Positions 1-10,500 of a stretch of 35,189 bases of DNA are shown here, piece after piece. Position 1 is the stretch's first letter; every line of letters starts with the position of its first letter. Both the position numbers and the translations under genes were made by a program. The notes under the pieces are model-generated. The model saw only the letters and a list, made by a program, of their open reading frames with translations. It was not told the DNA's origin and searched no databases. The DNA comes from Octopus bimaculoides (taxonomy: Eukaryota), in the NCBI RefSeq assembly GCF_001194135.2, contig NC_068993.1, positions 57,465,196 through 57,500,384 of the forward strand, read 5' to 3'.

Positions 1-43
<43 letters not shown>

Positions 44-47
44 CTTA

Positions 48-560
48 TGTCGTCTGGACTACTGCTCCCAACTATGGTCCCCACAGAGTGTAAATCTAAT
101 TGCGTAACAAGAGGCGATGGAACACCACTACACAAAAAGAGAGACTCAGGGAAACACACGGTCAAGTGGGAGAGGTTGAAGGAACTGGGGCTATACTCCC
201 TGGAGTGGAGGTGTAAGAGATATCCCGTGCTAATCATATGGAAAATAATAGGGTCTAGCACTAAATTTTGGAAACGAAATCTACAACAATCCTTGAACTG
301 GTCGGCACGGCACAATACGAATTGTCCCCTTATCTCCATTGAGGATAGAAACTCAATGTTTTAATAGCTTGGGATTCAAGGGACAACAGCTTTTTAATGT
401 CCTACTACAACATCAGGAATCTGTAAAGTGTAGACATGGAAGCCTTCAAAAAATATCTAGACAGTTTTATCTGCAATACCGGAAAAAAACAATCATCGCG
501 GCAGAAGTCTAAAAGAAGAGTGGCAACGTCCAACTCGCTATTTGTCCAGAAGCAATACTG
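48..560 (+). mobile_element. Decayed 3' end of a CR1/L2-clade LINE ORF2 (C-terminal to the RT core)
   Basis: Manual translation across stops and frameshifts gives LDYCSQLWSP (from 54), KWERLKELGLYSLEWRCKRY..IIWKII, NSLGFKGQQLFNVL (363-404), IRNL*SVDMEAFKKYLDSF and RVATSNSLFVQ. These match, in order, the motifs I know from CR1/L2 ORF2 C-termini (LEYCSQLWSP, YWERLKELGLYSLERRR, NSF...GPRLFN.LP, FK..LD.FL). Confidence 0.8.
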
Positions 561-1446
561 GAAAAGTCCCAGGATGCAGTAAAGTGGCTGAAACACAAGA
601 TAAAAGATAAAAGAAAAAGTATATNNNNNNNNNNNNNNNNNNNNNNNNNNNNNNNNNNNNNNNNNNNNNNNNNNNNNNNNNNNNNNNNNNNNNNNNNNNN
701 NNNNNNNNNNNNNNNNNNNNNNNNNNNNNNNNNNNNNNNNNNNNNNNNNNNNNNNNNNNNNNNNNNNNNNNNNNNNNNNNNNNNNNNNNNNNNNNNNNNN
801 NNNNNNNNNNNNNNNNNNNNNNNNNNNNNNNNNNNNNNNNNNNNNNNNNNNNNNNNNNNNNNNNNNNNNNNNNNNNNNNNNNNNNNNNNNNNNNNNNNNN
901 NNNNTATATATATACATATATATCGGGTTTCTCTCACGCAAGGGTTGTTAGAACGGACGGTATTAATGCTTTAGCGTCAGCTATCAAGTGGTACAGGTAT
1001 TCATAATGTCAAAAATCAACGACAAGAACAATAAAAGTAAGTTTGTCAAATTTAACGATGCACCAAAATATGCCAAAAAAAACAAAACAATTTTAGTTAC
1101 ATACATAATTCACAAACGGTGAATTAGGATAAGTTAAGTGGAGCCTCATAACAATCATTAAATCTACTGACAAAAAAAAGAAAAGTTGGAAACGCACGTG
1201 GTATAATCTTTCAAGCACTAACCTGGACGTAAGAAGGTAGATACATAAGCTATACTTCTTTCTACTTAACACTAATCTTCAGCCTTACTATAATTGTAAT
1301 TCAATATGTAATAAGTATACCGTTAAGCTCCCCAACACCACCACCACCACTCCAAGCAATGCCGACAACATTCCGGGCAATAACAAGTTTTAAACTCCAT
1401 AAAATTTAGCTGTCTGATAACCTAGGCCGTAATCTAACAGTTCCCC

Positions 1447-1500
1447 CTCTCTCTCTCTCAGTGCACACACACACACACAGTTGTATGTGTGTGTATATAT
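1447..1500. repeat. Compound (CT)n/(CA)n/(TG)n microsatellite
   Basis: Seen directly in the sequence. Confidence 0.85.
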
Positions 1501-4040
1501 ACAATTACGAAATATCCCGAGTCTTACTCCCAGTATGATACATCCTCTGTTCGACTCGAATCCTGGTAACATAAGCAACAACAAGGTCTAAGTAACGTTA
1601 GCCTGTCTTGTGGCCACTCTCACAATATCCAAAGATTGGTTCCTTGCACAAATACTTGCACCTCCGATGTTCATTCAGAAACCACTTATGACTACATTTC
1701 TGTAACAATATGGTCAATATGAAACTTACTAGAGTTCCAGACAATATCGATAAGCACCTGTAATAGTTGAAATATTTATTCTAGTATAACTCATGTTTAT
1801 TAAGTATATTATAAGGCCGTATTCTTAATAGTGACAGATATATTCAAATACTCCTGCAGCAACTTAACTATTAACGGCATATAAGCTCACTGAGAGATCT
1901 TTGCTTTTGGCTCACTTTTGGTTATCTTTTACCTTTGTCTATTTCAAGTAACTATATTAATTTTATTCATATTCATTTATCCAAAATTTGTTGCGCTCAG
2001 CTAACAGCTTAATAATAATGTACTATTTTCTTCATGTGACAAAAAGGTAATATTTACTACTTAAAAGCCTTTAAAACGAGAACAGATTTCATGGACAACG
2101 CAAGCATTCCTCAGTGTTTTGAGGTTAATGACCACTTGTAGAAATTATGGGTGGACGTCACATGGAAAGAAATAAATTGCAAAGGTGCGAAGAGAAAAAA
2201 ACCAAGGTGTTTAGAGTTATTACAATGTATATTATTGTTGCATATTGTTGTGCAGCATTTTATTGAGTTCCGTATCGTTATATCGCTGAAGATGGTATTC
2301 TGTACTACAAGGATATTGTCGCATATCAATTATAGAAGACGTAGAAAGGCATTTTATGGCAATAAAAAACGTTGCCGAACAATTTAATGTACATGATGCC
2401 GACAGTTATAAACAGGATTAGTCAAGCGCACAAATTCGCCATGGTATAAATCCCCACATACAATAAGACATACGTGTTCGTGTGTATGGATGTATTGTGT
2501 GAAGCGTTTATGTACATACACACACTTACGCATATATATGTATATATATAAATGTACGTATACGTGTATATATGCTTACACATGTCTAATCTATCTACCT
2601 ACCTATCCATCTATCTAACTATACACATGCACACACATATGCGCATGTATATATAAATATATATACACCGTTCATTGAGTTTGACCGTCAATACAATAAA
2701 TGTAATGATTGAAAGAAGGGAAGACAACCCCTATGAACATTAGGCATCTTAGGTCTTAGTGTGAAGCACTTGAATCAAATCAATGAAAATCATATCTCTA
2801 GATTTTCCGTTAACAATTTTCAGTCATCAAACTGAAGCATTCCAACAATCCGGCAGGCTTTGCTCCCTTTAAGAAACTGTAAGTAATGCGAGTCTCAACG
2901 AATTTGTTAATCCAATTACGACGCCAGCCTTTCAAAGGCCAGTAATTTTGTGCTTTATAAATAGAGAAAGATGAAAATAAATAAGTGTTAGAATAAAATT
3001 AACAATGTGGTTAATATGAACGATTTACCCCTTGAAATAGGTGTCTTGACACAGCCGCGGTCCATTAAGTGTAATCCGCCAAAGAATAAAACAGAAGATA
3101 GAAAATGTAACTGACAGCTCATTAGGGAGAAACGTGTACATATATATNNNNNNNNNNNNNNNNNNNNNNNNNNNNNNNNNNNNNNNNNNNNNNNNNNNNN
3201 NNNNNNNNNNNNNNNNNNNNNNNNNNNNNNNNNNNNNNNNNNNNNNNNNNNNNNNNNNNNNNNNNNNNNNNNNNNNNNNNNNNNNNNNNNNNNNNNNNNN
3301 NNNNNNNNNNNNNNNNNNNNNNNNNNNNNNNNNNNNNNNNNNNNNNNNNNNNNNNNNNNNNNNNNNNNNNNNNNNNNNNNNNNNNNNNNNNNNNNNNNNN
3401 NNNNNNNNNNNNNNNNNNNNNNNNNNNNNNNNNNNNNNNNNNNNNNNNNNNNNNNNNNNNNNNNNNNNNNNNNNNNNNNNNNNNNNNNNNNNNNNNNNNN
3501 NNNNNNNNNNNNNNNNNNNNNNNNNNNNNNNNNNNNNNNNNNNNNNNNNNNNNNNNNNNNNNNNNNNNNNNNNNNNNNNNNNNNNNNNNNNNNNNNNNNN
3601 NNNNNNNNNNNNNNNNNNNNNNNNNNNNNNNNNNNNNNNNNNNNNNNNNNNNNNNNNNNNNNNNNNNNNNNNNNNNNNNNNNNNNNNNNNNNNNNNNNNN
3701 NNNNNNNNNNNNNNNNNNNNNNNNNNNNNNNNNNNNNNNNNNNNNNNNNNNNNNNNNNNNNNNNNNNNNNNNNNNNNNNNNNNNNNNNNNNNNNNNNNNN
3801 NNNNNNNNNNNNNNNNNNNNNNNNNNNNNNNNNNNNNNNNNNNNNNNNNNNNNNNNNNNNNNNNNNNNNNNNNNNNNNNNNNNNNNNNNNNNNNNNNNNN
3901 NNNNNNNNNNNNNNNNNNNNNNNNNNNNNNNNNNNNNNNNNNNNNNNNNNNNNNNNNNNNNNNNNNNNNNNNNNNNNNNNNNNNNNNNNNNNNNNNNNNN
4001 NNNNNNNNNNNNNNNNNNNNNNNNNNNNNNNNNNNNNNNN

Positions 4041-4081
<41 letters not shown>

Positions 4082-4225
4082 TAAGAATTCATTTCTCTCT
4101 CTCTCTCTCTCTTTCTCTCTTCACACACACGCATAATTAAATAGATAGACAGATAGATAAATAGACAGAAATATAGATAGTTAGATACATACATTGACTG
4201 ATGGATAGATAGACAGATAGATAAT
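4041..4225. repeat. Compound (AT)n-(AG)n...(CT)n-(GATA)n microsatellite
   Basis: Seen directly in the sequence, next to the 3148-4040 gap. Confidence 0.9.
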
Positions 4226-4673
4226 TACGTCTGCGCTCGCGCGTATGTTTCTTTGATAACTAAAAATACAAAGCCATGTTATTGTATGTCTTGTGTTACC
4301 AGCTTTAGACGACTGTACTCATTACTGGTTTTCCAGAAATAATAATGAATTACTCCCACGAAGCTACTAAAGAAATAATTTGTAAGTGTAACAACAAATG
4401 ATCGTCATGAAATTACTAGGCAGACGAATATAACGTTGTGTATACGTTATATGCCATGTCACATCAAAATGGAAACAAGTCTAGTTAGAATATTTCTCTT
4501 TCCTATCAAAACGCATTTACCGAAGAGACCAAATAATACAACGTCACATAACTTTAGCGTGAAAATCAATCGAAGGAAGATTTTTTTCCCCTTCTATTTG
4601 TTTCCTTTTTCTTGGCAGTTTTTCCGAACAGCTTAATATTGTACTGGTTGTGCATTCGTGTGATATATCCAAG

Positions 4674-4801
4674 TGCAGGCATAGCTATGTGGTAAGAAGC
4701 TTGTTTCCAAGTCGCATGGTTTCCGCTTCAGTCCCACTGCGTGGCACCTTGGCCAAGTGTCTTTTTACTATTATCCTCGGGCCGAACAAAGCTTTGTGAA
4801 T
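4674..4801 (+). mobile_element. tRNA-derived CORE-type SINE (family A), 5' part, cut by a gap
   Basis: Head gcaggcatagctatgtggtaagaagc (A-box-like), B-box-like ttcagtccc, then ggcaccttggccaagtgtc, which resembles the CORE/MIR domain gaccttgggcaagtc. It is homologous to the reverse complements of 9340-9495 and 22921-23074. Confidence 0.8.
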
Positions 4802-5263
4802 NNNNNNNNNNNNNNNNNNNNNNNNNNNNNNNNNNNNNNNNNNNNNNNNNNNNNNNNNNNNNNNNNNNNNNNNNNNNNNNNNNNNNNNNNNNNNNNNNNN
4901 NNNNNNNNNNNNNNNNNNNNNNNNNNNNNNNNNNNNNNNNNNNNNNNNNNNNNNNNNNNNNNNNNNNNNNNNNNNNNNNNNNNNNNNNNNNNNNNNNNNN
5001 NNNNNNNNNNNNNNNNNNNNNNNNNNNNNNNNNNNNNNNNNNNNNNNNNNNNNNNNNNNNNNNNNNNNNNNNNNNNNNNNNNNNNNNNNNNNNNNNNNNN
5101 NNNNNNNNNNNNNNNNNNNNNNNNNNNNNNNNNNNNNNNNNNNNNNNNNNNNNNNNNNNNNNNNNNNNNNNNNNNNNNNNNNNNNNNNNNNNNNNNNNNN
5201 NNNNNNNNNNNNNNNNNNNNNNNNNNNGTGAAAGCACGTTATAAAAATAAAACTACTGAACCA

Positions 5264-5265
5264 TG

Positions 5266-5363
<98 letters not shown>

Positions 5364-5417
5364 AAGAAGAAGAAGAAGAAGAAGAAGAAGAAGAAGGAGA
5401 AGAAGAAGAAGAAGAAA
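5264..5417. repeat. Compound (AAT)n-(AAG)n trinucleotide array
   Basis: Roughly 24 AAT units followed directly by roughly 27 AAG units. This produces the poly-I/poly-R and poly-L/poly-I ORFs. Confidence 0.95.
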
Positions 5418-6292
5418 GAAAATATTCATGTTAGAAATTCGCAGCATTGAACACTCAGGTCCTTCATCTTTGTTTTCTTCTCCCTCTAACTGAAGAGTTC
5501 CTGACTCAACAGTGTGATTGTTAGATGAAACGATGTTATCTCCTATACACAGCGAATAATGCAATACACAATTACGATGTCATATATTCCTTAATTTTCT
5601 TCCCTACGACTAAGCAGAAGCGTAATACTTGTTCTAACGGGAAATATCTGATATGCTAACCATTTTTAATAATGCCTTAGTCTTTTCGTCTCGCAAAGTT
5701 GTATCTTTGGTGAAAATCAACAGCGGCAATTTACGAATATAATAATAACACACTAAATTCTGTTGGACATAGCAAGAAAACAATTCTTTCTGTAAGAGAT
5801 TTAGATAACTGTCAATGGATACAATCTTTGCACTATATTGTTTTGTTATCAAATCACGAGATCCCACATATGTTCGAGTCTGCTGTAGGAAACTGGGGAC
5901 TCTTTGAACAGGTTATTGGCAATTATAACCGTGAGAATTTCAGAATGTTGCTGTATGCAGCGAAAGAATGCTGAATGTATGTTTGTTTGAGTGCACGTAT
6001 TCGCATATGCATGTCTTCAAGCAATCACCTGTATACTTATGTATAACTATTTATATACGAATTCAGTTACGTTTTGATAATTGGCGTTTTAAATAAGGTC
6101 TTCACCCCCCCAGTGGTAATCACGGACTTAAAGAGAAAAAAATGAGTACAAATATTTTTCAGTGAAATGTACTGTTGTCCTCTTTTTGTCCTTTGCACAA
6201 CCAGTTACTCTTTGGATTTTGATAATCACTCAAATTGTATTTTTCTTCCCTATCATGTATTAAAGCTATACTGATTCCAGTGTTCAACTGTT

Positions 6293-6364
6293 CAACTGGT
6301 ACATAATTTACCAACCTGAAAAGGATGAGAGGCAAAGTCCACCTCGGCGGATTTTTAGCTCAGA
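6293..6364 (-). mobile_element. SINE family B, internal fragment
   Basis: The reverse complement tctgagctaaaaatccgccgaggtggactttgcctctcatcc...gtaccagtt aligns to the family B copies at 6785 and 14696. Confidence 0.75.
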
Positions 6365-6784
6365 TCATATCTGTTTGACAGTTGTATTTTCTGAGTTATT
6401 TGTTTTCTCCAGTTCGCAGTAATGTGTGAAATTAAGTATTTCGTTGAAACAACTTTTCTTTAGTGTTCATCAATCTCTTCTTAAGCATGTTATTATAGAA
6501 AGCATCTATCTTGTGACGACATAAGGATATTCTGGAGATTCATTTAACGACGTTGCTGAATAGGTTATTCAAGTTGATAAGAGCGGTTTTAGAAATGTTG
6601 ACAATATACTCGGATGTTTATCTTCGTTTTCTGCGATGCTTGTATCTGTCTGTAGCGAAATCTAATGTAGCATACGAGAATGGTACGATGTTTGATTATG
6701 TAACAATTCCGATGTTTAGTCACCATTCCTTGAAACTACTAAGCTTGTCTCTAGGTTTGGTCTCAATCTAATGTACCTTAGTAA

Positions 6785-6952
6785 GGTAGCGAGGTGGCAG
6801 AAAGGATACGCGCTGGACAAAAGGCTTAGCGGCATTTTGTCTGTCTTTACGTTCTGAGTTCAAATTCCGCCGAGGTCTACTTTGCGTTTCAACCAATCGG
6901 AGTCGATAAACTAAGTACCAGTTGCGTACTAGGGTCGATCTAATCGATTCGC
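6785..6952 (+). mobile_element. tRNA-derived SINE family B, 3'-truncated
   Basis: gcgaggtggcagaa head, gagttcaaattcc B-box, then ccgaggtc..ctttgc.tttca.cc..tcgg.gtcgataaa.taagtaccagtt. Five other copies lie in the window. From memory the central part resembles the domain shared by Nin/Deu-type and Sauria SINEs (not verified). Confidence 0.85.
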
Positions 6953-8290
6953 ATATACAAACACACACCCAGAGGAGAAACTAAGATAAATGGAAATTTA
7001 TATTATTTGTCACTACGTAACTTCCCTAACATGGTCAAATGGAACCCAGCAGCAGGTATTCCAGATTTCTCATCGCACTTCAATTTTTTACTCGTTTGGG
7101 TAACCGAGAGCGAGAATCAGAAGCGCAGCATTTAACGAATTTTCGGTTTCTATAAAATAAATACAATCTACTTTCATGTGTTAGGTACATATACATTAGT
7201 ATGTATGTAAATACGGACATTCAAACATACATGCGTATAGCATATATTAATACAATTATATATATATTTGTGAATGTGAGCATATTTGTGTGTGTGTGTG
7301 TATGCAGTGAGAGAAAGAGAATAACTGAATTAAAACAATCGATACTATATACATGAAAATAAAAACATGGCAGTATAATATACGCTTATTTTAATACACA
7401 TCTACCTTGAGATGTTTTTAATTCACTTAAAGTTATGTTATATAATATTAATAAATATTTCTCCAAACTCTAACTTCGGTACTTTCTGCTTAAAAGATGC
7501 ATTCTTTTAGTCTGTATGGGGGGGAAATATTTTCGCAAGCACGAGCAAGCATACTGACACAACCATACATAACCGCACAAACATACGCATACTTGTGTGT
7601 CAGTGTGTGTGCGTATATATATATATATGTATATATATATATANNNNNNNNNNTATAGACATATTTCTGTATGTGCATATGTATAAATGCATGGATGTAT
7701 GTTTATGTGTATATAGATGCATACATGTAAACATTAGATACTCAACTGTCCTCTCTATAGTATTATGTTTGTTCGGTAAACAAGAAATGAACAGATATAT
7801 CTGTTGCTATTTTTCGCACTGAAATTGTTGTTTACAACAAACCGTTGTTACAACATTTCAAAATATTTTTTTCTTCGTTCGGCTTTCATAATTTAAAAAA
7901 AAAAAAACATATTTTTTCTTCCTCCTTATCTATCTATCTAATAATCTGCTAATTTCTTTTTTTCGTTTTCTCTTTCGCATTTAGTTTTCAGACGTAATTC
8001 TTATCAATACATCGATTTAACAGAGGATATATTGTTTTGTTTATTTGTTTGTTTTCTACTTTCATTATACATTAACGGAAGTCAACAAAACAATGCCAAA
8101 TGTAGAACAGACGAAAATAAAATCTGCCCAGTTAAATTGCTCTAAGGAAGTATTCTCTCTCAGACATTCAGACATGTATGTGTGAGTCCGAGTACGGCGT
8201 TTTTAGTAGAATTTATTTTACAGCGCGAAACTGTCAGCTTATTCTGACTTAAATGTTAGTCTGTAGAAACGAGTGCTATCGATTACTGCA

Positions 8291-8573
8291 TGTATGTATG
8301 TATGTATGTATGTATGTATGTACGTACGTATGTATGCATGTATATTTGTATTTATATACATATATCACCGTGCGTGCATTTATTATATATATGTGTGTAT
8401 GTATGTGTCTATCTATCTCTGTGGAGGCNNNNNNNNNNATGTATGTATGTATGTATGGATGTACGTACGTACGTATGTATGTATGTATATTTGTATTTAT
8501 ATACATATATCACCGTGCGTGTGTTTATTATATATATGTGTGTATGTATGTGTCTATCTATCTCTGTGGAGGC
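8291..8573. repeat. ~135-bp direct duplication either side of a 10-N gap (probable haplotype overlap)
   Basis: 8291-8428 and 8439-8573 are near-identical and both end in ctatctctgtggaggc. Confidence 0.85.
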
Positions 8574-8939
8574 GCAATGGCCCAGTGGTTAGGGCAGCGG
8601 ACTCGCGGTTTCGATTCCAAGACCGGGCGTTGTGAGTGCTTATTGAGCGGAAACACCTAAAGCTCCACGAGGCTCCGGCAGGGGATGGTGGCCCACCCTG
8701 ATGTATTCTTTCACCACAACTTTCTCTCACTCTTACTTCCTGTTTCTGTTGTGCCTGTAATTGAAAGGGTCAGCCTTGTCACACTCTGTGTCACGCTGAA
8801 TCTCCTTGAGAACTACGTTGAGGGTACACGTGTCTGTGGAGTGCTCAGCCACTTGCACGTTAATTTCACGAGCAGTCTGTTCCGTTGATCGGATCAACTG
8901 GAACATTCGACATCGTAAGCGATGCAGTGCCAACAACAA
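8568..8939 (+). mobile_element. tRNA-derived SINE family C, near full length, with (CAA)n tail
   Basis: A-box tggcccagtgg (8578-8588), B-box-like gtttcgattcc, ~300-bp body, a 3' stem-loop at 8880-8903 and a gccaacaacaa terminus. A related, more diverged head lies at 10430. Confidence 0.85.
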
Positions 8940-9158
8940 TGCATGGGCAATTTTAACTACGTAAGTATGCTTGAGGTGTGTATGTGCCTGAACATATGAA
9001 TGAGTCAATGCTTACATTTTGCCATATTTGGAAGTGCTTCGTGTGTCTACGTGTATGAATGCATTTGCAAAGCTGTAATTGTGCAGGTGTGCCTGTGTGT
9101 ACGCCTGATGCCCAATAACTTACACATATATCTAAATGTGCGTATGGAGTTTATTATT

Positions 9159-9495
9159 TTGCGGCCATGCCGGAGCACCGCCTGAAATAATTTTAGTCCC
9201 ACTAATCGACCCGGTTACATATTTTTCTTTTAAAATTTGGTACTTATTTTGTTGGACTCTTTTACCGAACAGGAGGAGGAAGTACACAAACACCGGTTGT
9301 CAAAAAGATGCAAAGACTCACAAATGTATATATACGCCGAAATTCTTTCAGTTTCCATCTACCAAATTTATTCACAAGGGTTTGGTCGGCCCGGGGACAT
9401 AATACAAGATATTTGCTCACGATACCAGACTGTGGGCCTGAAATCTAAACTATGTGGTTGGTAATCAAATTTTGTACCACAGAGCCACACTTGCG
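9159..9495 (-). mobile_element. SINE family A, near full length and diverged
   Basis: The reverse complement has the head gcaagtgtggctctgtggtac, the CORE-like block, ccgggccgaccaaacccttgtg...ggtagatggaaactgaaag, a short (AT) spacer and the 3' module ending ggtgctccggcatggccgca. It is colinear with 12418-12758. Confidence 0.8.
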
Positions 9496-9521
9496 TCTAT
9501 CCCTAAATTTGCATTCATCCC

Positions 9522-9558
<37 letters not shown>

Positions 9559-9600
9559 CCTATATACATATTTATATCTGTCTGTCTGTCTGTCTGTCTG

Positions 9601-9695
<95 letters not shown>

Positions 9696-9745
9696 GTCTG
9701 CCTGTTTATCTCTCTCTCTCTATCTATCTGTGTGTATGTGTGTGT
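9522..9745. repeat. Compound (TCTA)n-(TCTG)n-(CT)n-(AT)n microsatellite
   Basis: Seen directly in the sequence. Confidence 0.95.
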
Positions 9746-9874
9746 ATCAGTGGTGTTTCTGCAAGTAAGTCTATATGAATATATATGCACAAACGATTGC
9801 ATTTCTGTATGAATGCATTCGTGTCTATTTGTTTCATGTCTATTATCATACATAAAATTTCTTAGGGTATTTTC

Positions 9875-9924
9875 ATGTGTATGTGTTACCATATACCATA
9901 TGTGTATGTGTTACCATATACCAT
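9875..9924. repeat. Perfect 25-bp tandem duplication
   Basis: atgtgtatgtgttaccatataccat occurs twice in tandem. Confidence 0.9.
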
Positions 9925-10154
9925 ATGCATGTGTTATTGCACATCGTTTTTAACAGTGAAAGTGGGCGTATTGTGGGCGCGCCTCTGTATGTGGTTTGTG
10001 TGTGTATCTGTATGTGATAGTATAAGTCTGTGCATGCGTGCATGCGTATCAGGAAATGTATGTGTGTGCGCGTGAGGGGGCGTGTCATACATCAGATTGC
10101 GTGTGTTAATTTACTAATAGCAACAGCAGCAACAGAAACAGTAGGGCATACAAA

Positions 10155-10166
10155 CTGTAGTAGTAT

Positions 10167-10198
<32 letters not shown>

Positions 10199-10282
10199 TG
10201 TTGGTGACGGTGGTTATAATGGTGGTGGTGGTGCAGTAGCGGTGGAGTCATATGCTGCTGCTGCAACACCAGAAGCAGCATC

Positions 10283-10337
<55 letters not shown>

Positions 10338-10375
10338 AGCTGAGTTAGTAGTAGTTAGTAGATGCAGTTTTTGGA
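10155..10375. repeat. (AGT)n arrays with GGT/GCT/GCA triplet interruptions
   Basis: Seen directly in the sequence. Confidence 0.9.
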
Positions 10376-10429
10376 TTACAGCAATTATAGTAGTTTACTC
10401 TTACGATTTTCGTCTCACGCGCTCCCAAA

Positions 10430-10500
10430 GTCAAATGGTCTAGTGGTTAAGACGTTGGTACTCACGGTCGCATGATCGCAGGTTCGATTTCTGCAACGAG
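10430..10500 (+). mobile_element. tRNA-like SINE head, diverged relative of family C
   Basis: A-box tggtctagtgg (10436-10446) and B-box ggttcgatttc (10481-10491), alignable to 8572-8620. It has no acceptor-stem pairing, so it is not a functional tRNA. The body may extend to ~10770, but similarity there is weak. Confidence 0.6.

Noticed and set aside
8568-8630. tRNA genes at 8568, 10430 or 33781
   Set aside because: A- and B-boxes are present, but there is no complete cloverleaf or acceptor stem, and they are better explained as SINE heads (continuation into a SINE body is clear for 8568).
9452-9892. ORFs made of SIYL, YI, SL, ER, CV or TH repeats here and at 8253-8660, 11541-11945, 16592-17038, 28542-28770, 29346-29797 and 30443-30923
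   Set aside because: These are direct translations of di- and tetranucleotide microsatellites.
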